From Pseudomonas aeruginosa (GTDB lineage: Bacteria; Pseudomonadota; Gammaproteobacteria; Pseudomonadales; Pseudomonadaceae), in the NCBI RefSeq assembly GCF_001457615.1, contig NZ_LN831024.1, forward strand, positions 450,001 to 482,000: a DNA stretch of 32,000 bases, in the 5' to 3' direction. Shown piece by piece: positions 28,342 to 32,000 of this stretch. Position 1 is the first letter of the stretch. The number at the start of each line of letters is the position of its first letter. The translations under genes and the position numbers were made by a program. The notes below the pieces were generated by a model that saw only the letters and a program-made list of their open reading frames with translations, was not told the origin of the DNA and did not search any database.

Positions 28342-29820
28342 ATGAAACGCTACCTGTACCTGTGGCACCGCTGGCTGGGCATCGGCTGCTGCCTGCTGAT
28401 GGTGCTCTGGTTCGTCTCCGGCATGGTCATGCTGTATGTCGGCTATCCCAAGCTGACTCCGCTGGAACGCCTGGCCCACCTGCCCGAGCTGGACGGCTGC
28501 GAGGCCTGCGTACCGCTGCGGACGGCCCTCGCCGGCAGCGATGGAAAGACCCCGCGGAGCATCCGGCTGGCCAGCGTAGGAGGCCTGCCGACCTACCTGC
28601 TGGACGATGCCGACGGACGCACGCGTGCGCTGGCGGCGCGCGACGGCCGACCGCTGGCGGTGGACGCGGACAGGGTGCTGGCTTCGGCCCGTGCTTTCAG
28701 CGGCGAAGTACCGATGCAGTTGCAAGGGCGGATCGAGGAAGACGCCTGGACCCATACCCGCAACCTCGATCCGCACCGGCCGCTATGGCGGGTGCAGACC
28801 GCGGACGAGCAGGGCCGGCTGCTCTACCTGTCCTCGCAGACCGGCGAGGTGGTACGCGACGCCAGCCGCCGGGAGCGCGCCTGGAACTGGCTCGGCGCCT
28901 GGCTGCACTGGCTCTATCCGCTGCGCGGCGGCGGGTTCGACGGGCAGTGGGCGAACCTGGTGATCGGCCTGTCGCTGCTGGCGACCCTGGCGACCGTCCT
29001 CGGCATCCTCGTCGGCCTGCTCCGCTGGCGCTTCCGCAAGCCCTACCGCAGCGGCTCGCGCTCGCCCTATGCGGGCGGTTTCCAGCGCTGGCACCACCTC
29101 GCCGGCCTGCTCTTCGGCGCGCTGGTGCTGAGCTGGATCTTCAGCGGGCTGATGTCGATGAATCCGTGGAACCTGTTCGGCCGCGGTACGCCGCTCGACC
29201 TCGCGGCCTACCAGGGCGGTAGCTGGGACCGGGCGCTGCCCGCCGGACTGGAGGCGGACGCTGTCCTGCGGCGCTTGCGTGCCGCCGGGTTGCGGGTGCG
29301 CGAGCTGGAGTGGCGGGCGCTCGACGGCGAGCCCTATGCGCTCGGGCGCAGCGCCAGCGGCAACAGCCTGCTGCTGACGGCGGATGGCGAAATCCTCCGC
29401 GAGCTACCCGCGGATCGCCTGCTGGCGGCGGCTCGCGCGCTGCTGCCGGGCGTGCCGATGCAGGCCGAACGGTTGGAACGCTACGACTTCTATTACTACC
29501 CGCGCGAAGAACACAGCATGATGGGCTACCTGGAGCGGCGCCTGCCGGTCTGGCGCCTGCGTTTCGACGATCCCCGGCATACCTGGGTGCACCTGGATCC
29601 CTACAGCGGCGCGGTGGTTGGCGTGCTCGACGACGGTCGGCGCGGCAGCCGCTGGCTGTTTTCCCTGTTGCATAGCTGGGACTGGCTGCCGCTGCTGACC
29701 CGGCGTCCGCTGTGGGACCTGTGGATGCTCGGTTTCAGCCTCGGCGGCCTGGTGGTCTGCGCCAGCGGCTGCTGGATCGGCTGGCGTCGCCTGCGCGGCC
29801 GCCGTCCGAAGCGTCGCTGA
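28342..29820 (+). CDS. PepSY-associated TM-helix protein (PiuB/FoxB-like putative periplasmic-face reductase)
   Basis: 492 aa starting 10 nt after the receptor stop, with a GGAG RBS. It has the characteristic N-terminus MKRYLYLWHRWLGIGCCLLMVLWFVSGMVMLY and repeated His-bearing TM segments (LHWLYPL, RWHHLAGLLFG, LLHSWDWL). Confidence 0.9.
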   Translation: MKRYLYLWHRWLGIGCCLLMVLWFVSGMVMLYVGYPKLTPLERLAHLPELDGCEACVPLRTALAGSDGKTPRSIRLASVGGLPTYLLDDADGRTRALAARDGRPLAVDADRVLASARAFSGEVPMQLQGRIEEDAWTHTRNLDPHRPLWRVQTADEQGRLLYLSSQTGEVVRDASRRERAWNWLGAWLHWLYPLRGGGFDGQWANLVIGLSLLATLATVLGILVGLLRWRFRKPYRSGSRSPYAGGFQRWHHLAGLLFGALVLSWIFSGLMSMNPWNLFGRGTPLDLAAYQGGSWDRALPAGLEADAVLRRLRAAGLRVRELEWRALDGEPYALGRSASGNSLLLTADGEILRELPADRLLAAARALLPGVPMQAERLERYDFYYYPREEHSMMGYLERRLPVWRLRFDDPRHTWVHLDPYSGAVVGVLDDGRRGSRWLFSLLHSWDWLPLLTRRPLWDLWMLGFSLGGLVVCASGCWIGWRRLRGRRPKRR

Positions 29821-29841
29821 GAGGGGCTACCTGGCAAGACT

Positions 29842-29865
29842 GGGCGTCGCCGCACGCCCGGATTT
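29842..29865 (+). terminator. Candidate weak terminator after the PepSY gene
   Basis: GGGCGT-cgccgc-ACGCCC (6-bp stem) followed by ggaTTTg. Both the stem and the T-tract are short. Confidence 0.3.
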
Positions 29866-29904
29866 GCTGGTAGCCTTGGTTGAATTCGCAGTAATGGATC
29901 GCAC

Positions 29905-30525
29905 ATGGGCACACACAAGATCGAGATCCGCCGCCGCAACGTCGAGAAGATTCTCCTGGCCGCCGAAAAAGTCTTCGCCGAAAAAGGCTACGCCGGCACC
30001 TCCATGGGCAACATCGCCGAAGAAGCCGAACTGCCGCGCTCCAACCTGCACTACTACTTCAGCACCAAGGACGAGCTGTACCGCGACGTCCTCCTCGGCC
30101 TGCTCGAGGTCTGGAAGCAGGACGCCCTCTGCTTCGAGATGTTCGATGACCCAAGGGTGGTATTGACCAGCTATATCCGCGCGAAGATGAACCATTCGCG
30201 CACCCGCCCGCATGGCTCCAAGGTCTGGGCCAACGAAATCATGCATGGCGCGCCGCTGCTCGGCGCCACCCTCGACGACAGCCTCTACGAATGGGCCAAG
30301 ATGAAGGAGGCGAAGATCCGCCAGTGGGTCGAGGAAAAGCGCATCCTGTCGATCGAACCGAGCAGCCTGCTCTACATGATCTGGGCCTCCACCCAGCACT
30401 ACGCCGACTTCGGCTACCAGGTCGAGGTGCTCAACGGCCACCAGCCGCTCAGCGACATGCAGTTCGAAAGGGCGGTGCAGACGGTGACCAGCGTGGTCCT
30501 GCGCGGAATCGGATTGGAGCCCTGA
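29905..30525 (+). CDS. TetR-family transcriptional regulator, RutR-like
   Basis: 206 aa with an N-terminal TetR HTH (ILLAAEKVFAEKGYAGTSMGNIAEEAELPRSNLHYYFSTKDELY). The C-terminal domain resembles pyrimidine-responsive RutR-type regulators; the subfamily call is from resemblance only. Confidence 0.9.
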   Translation: MGTHKIEIRRRNVEKILLAAEKVFAEKGYAGTSMGNIAEEAELPRSNLHYYFSTKDELYRDVLLGLLEVWKQDALCFEMFDDPRVVLTSYIRAKMNHSRTRPHGSKVWANEIMHGAPLLGATLDDSLYEWAKMKEAKIRQWVEEKRILSIEPSSLLYMIWASTQHYADFGYQVEVLNGHQPLSDMQFERAVQTVTSVVLRGIGLEP

Positions 30526-30530
30526 GCAGC

Positions 30531-30552
30531 GGAGCCTTCGCTAGAAGGCTCC
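30531..30552. terminator. Hairpin between the convergent TetR-regulator and codA stops
   Basis: GGAGCCTTC-gcta-GAAGGCTCC is a perfect 9-bp stem filling most of the 36-bp gap. There is no T-tract on either side. Confidence 0.4.
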
Positions 30553-30561
30553 GGCGAAGGC

Positions 30562-31833
30562 TCAGCTGGCGCGGGTGAAGTCCACCGCTTCAGCCTGTTC
30601 GAGGAACACCGTGGTCTGCGCCGGGACCGTCTCGGCGAGCAGCCGTCCGCCGCGGATCGAGTAGCGCACCGGGACCTGCCGGCGCACCGCGTCGAAGCCG
30701 TCGCGGGCCGGCAGCACCAGCAGGTTGGCCGGATGGCCGACCTCGATGCCGTATTCCCGCAGGCCGAGGGTGCGGGCGCTGTTGCGGGTGATCAGGTCGA
30801 GGCCGCCGTCGATCTCGTCGTAGCCCATCATCTGCGTCACGTGCAGGCCCATGTGCAGCACCTGCAGCATGTTCGCGGTGCCCAGCGGGTACCAGGGGTC
30901 GAACACGTCGTCGTGGCCGAAGCAGGTGTTGATCCCGGCACCGAGCAGTTCCTTGACCCGGGTGATGCCGCGGCGCTTCGGGTAGTCGTCGAAGCGACCC
31001 TGCAGGTGGATGTTCACCAGCGGGTTGGCGACGAAGTTGATTCCCGACAGTTTCAGCAGGCGGAACAGCCGCGAGGTGTAGGCGCCGTTGTAGGAGTGCA
31101 TCGCCGTGGTGTGGCTGGCGGTGACCCGTGCGCCGAGGCCGTCGCGATGGGCGAGCATGGCCAGGGTCTCGAGGAAGCGCGACTGCTCGTCGTCGATCTC
31201 GTCGCAATGCACGTCCACTGGCAGGTCGTAGCGCTTGGCCAGGTCGATGGCCTTGTGCAGCGACTCGACGCCCAGCTCGCGGGTGAATTCGAAATGCGGG
31301 ATCGCCCCCACCACGTCGGCGCCCAGGCGCAGCGACTCCTCCAGCAGTTCCAGGCCGTTGGGGTAGGAGAGAATGCCCTCCTGAGGGAAGGCGACGATCT
31401 GCAGGTCGACCCAGGGCGCCACTTCGCCGCGCACCTCGAGCATGGCCTTGAGCGCGGTGAGGGTCGGGTCGGAGACGTCGACGTGGCTGCGCACGTGCTG
31501 CACGCCGTTGGCGATCTGCCATTTCAGGGTCTGCCAGGCGCGCTGCTTGACGTCCTCGTGGCTGAGCAGGGCCTTGCGCTGGGCCCAGCGCTCGATGCCT
31601 TCGAACAGCGTGCCGGAGCGGTTCCACTCCGGCTGGCCGGCGGTCTGGGTGGTGTCGAGGTGGATGTGCGGCTCGATGAACGGCGGCACGGCAAGACCGC
31701 CGGCGCCGTCCAGGCGCTCGCCGGCGTCGTCGGCGGCCTGTTCCATCGGCACCAGGGCGGCGATACGGCCATCGGCGACGCGCAGTTGCCAGAGACCTTC
31801 GCGGCCGCGCAGGCGCAGGTTGTCAATCAGCAT
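30562..31833 (-). CDS. codA: Cytosine deaminase CodA
   Basis: 423 aa amidohydrolase-fold protein ([10 protein letters not shown] metal-binding HxH, ...HCDE..., ...[14 protein letters not shown]). Its start overlaps the codB 3' end. Confidence 0.95.
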   Translation of the reverse strand: MLIDNLRLRGREGLWQLRVADGRIAALVPMEQAADDAGERLDGAGGLAVPPFIEPHIHLDTTQTAGQPEWNRSGTLFEGIERWAQRKALLSHEDVKQRAWQTLKWQIANGVQHVRSHVDVSDPTLTALKAMLEVRGEVAPWVDLQIVAFPQEGILSYPNGLELLEESLRLGADVVGAIPHFEFTRELGVESLHKAIDLAKRYDLPVDVHCDEIDDEQSRFLETLAMLAHRDGLGARVTASHTTAMHSYNGAYTSRLFRLLKLSGINFVANPLVNIHLQGRFDDYPKRRGITRVKELLGAGINTCFGHDDVFDPWYPLGTANMLQVLHMGLHVTQMMGYDEIDGGLDLITRNSARTLGLREYGIEVGHPANLLVLPARDGFDAVRRQVPVRYSIRGGRLLAETVPAQTTVFLEQAEAVDFTRAS

Positions 31834-32000
31834 GGAGGACCTCTTCTGGTTTGTTCGGGCTGCGGCTCAGCAGGGGATTGAGCAGCAGGTAGGCGATGGC
31901 GGCGCCGAGCACCGCGTTGACCGGCACTATCCCCGGCAGCCAGTGGCCGGCGGCGGTGCCGCAGGCGACGGCGAGGATCGCCGCCCAGTTGATCGCCTGG
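31823..32000 (-). CDS. codB: Cytosine permease CodB (3' end only; 5' part beyond the window)
   Basis: This ORF is not in the track because no start codon lies in the window. The minus-strand frame is open from the window edge and reads [58 protein letters not shown]. The sequence is hydrophobic and TM-like, and the TGA at 31825-31823 overlaps the codA ATG region by 11 nt. codBA operon context. Confidence 0.8.
   Translation of the reverse strand, partial: QAINWAAILAVACGTAAGHWLPGIVPVNAVLGAAIAYLLLNPLLSRSPNKPEEVLHAD

Overview
This is a high-GC gammaproteobacterial chromosome segment. From memory (no database search was run), gene content and order match Pseudomonas aeruginosa PAO1 PA0413-PA0438. 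I support 26 CDS, read left to right.

- Chp chemosensory cluster: the 3' part of chpA, then chpB, chpC, chpD and chpE.
- An uncharacterised 471-aa gene, followed by rsmE and bioA.
- A flavin amine oxidase, then a cytochrome b561 / YceI-like (pasP) pair.
- The mexR-mexAB-oprM multidrug efflux locus with its operator-rich intergenic region.
- The DEAD-box helicase rhlE2 and an uncharacterised GT-A-like gene.
- A methyl-cycle cluster (metF, an HD-domain small alarmone hydrolase, sahH) headed by an SAH riboswitch.
- A DUF2946 / TonB-dependent receptor / PepSY module.
- A TetR (RutR-like) regulator, codA, and the 3' end of codB.

I see no rRNA, tRNA, CRISPR array, IS element, integrase or prophage signature. 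Most of the window is ordinary, well-studied core genome, and I found no convincing evidence of a wholly new system.

The most under-described pieces are:
- the CxxC-peptide / receptor / PepSY module and its structured internal spacer;
- the alarmone hydrolase placed between sahH and metF behind a strong intercistronic hairpin;
- the compositionally odd GT-A-like gene;
- the repeat-containing 471-aa orphan next to the Chp cluster.

Several ORF-track starts are upstream GTG/TTG extensions, and I re-set them using RBS spacing and signal-peptide logic. The many long antisense ORFs are high-GC artefacts.
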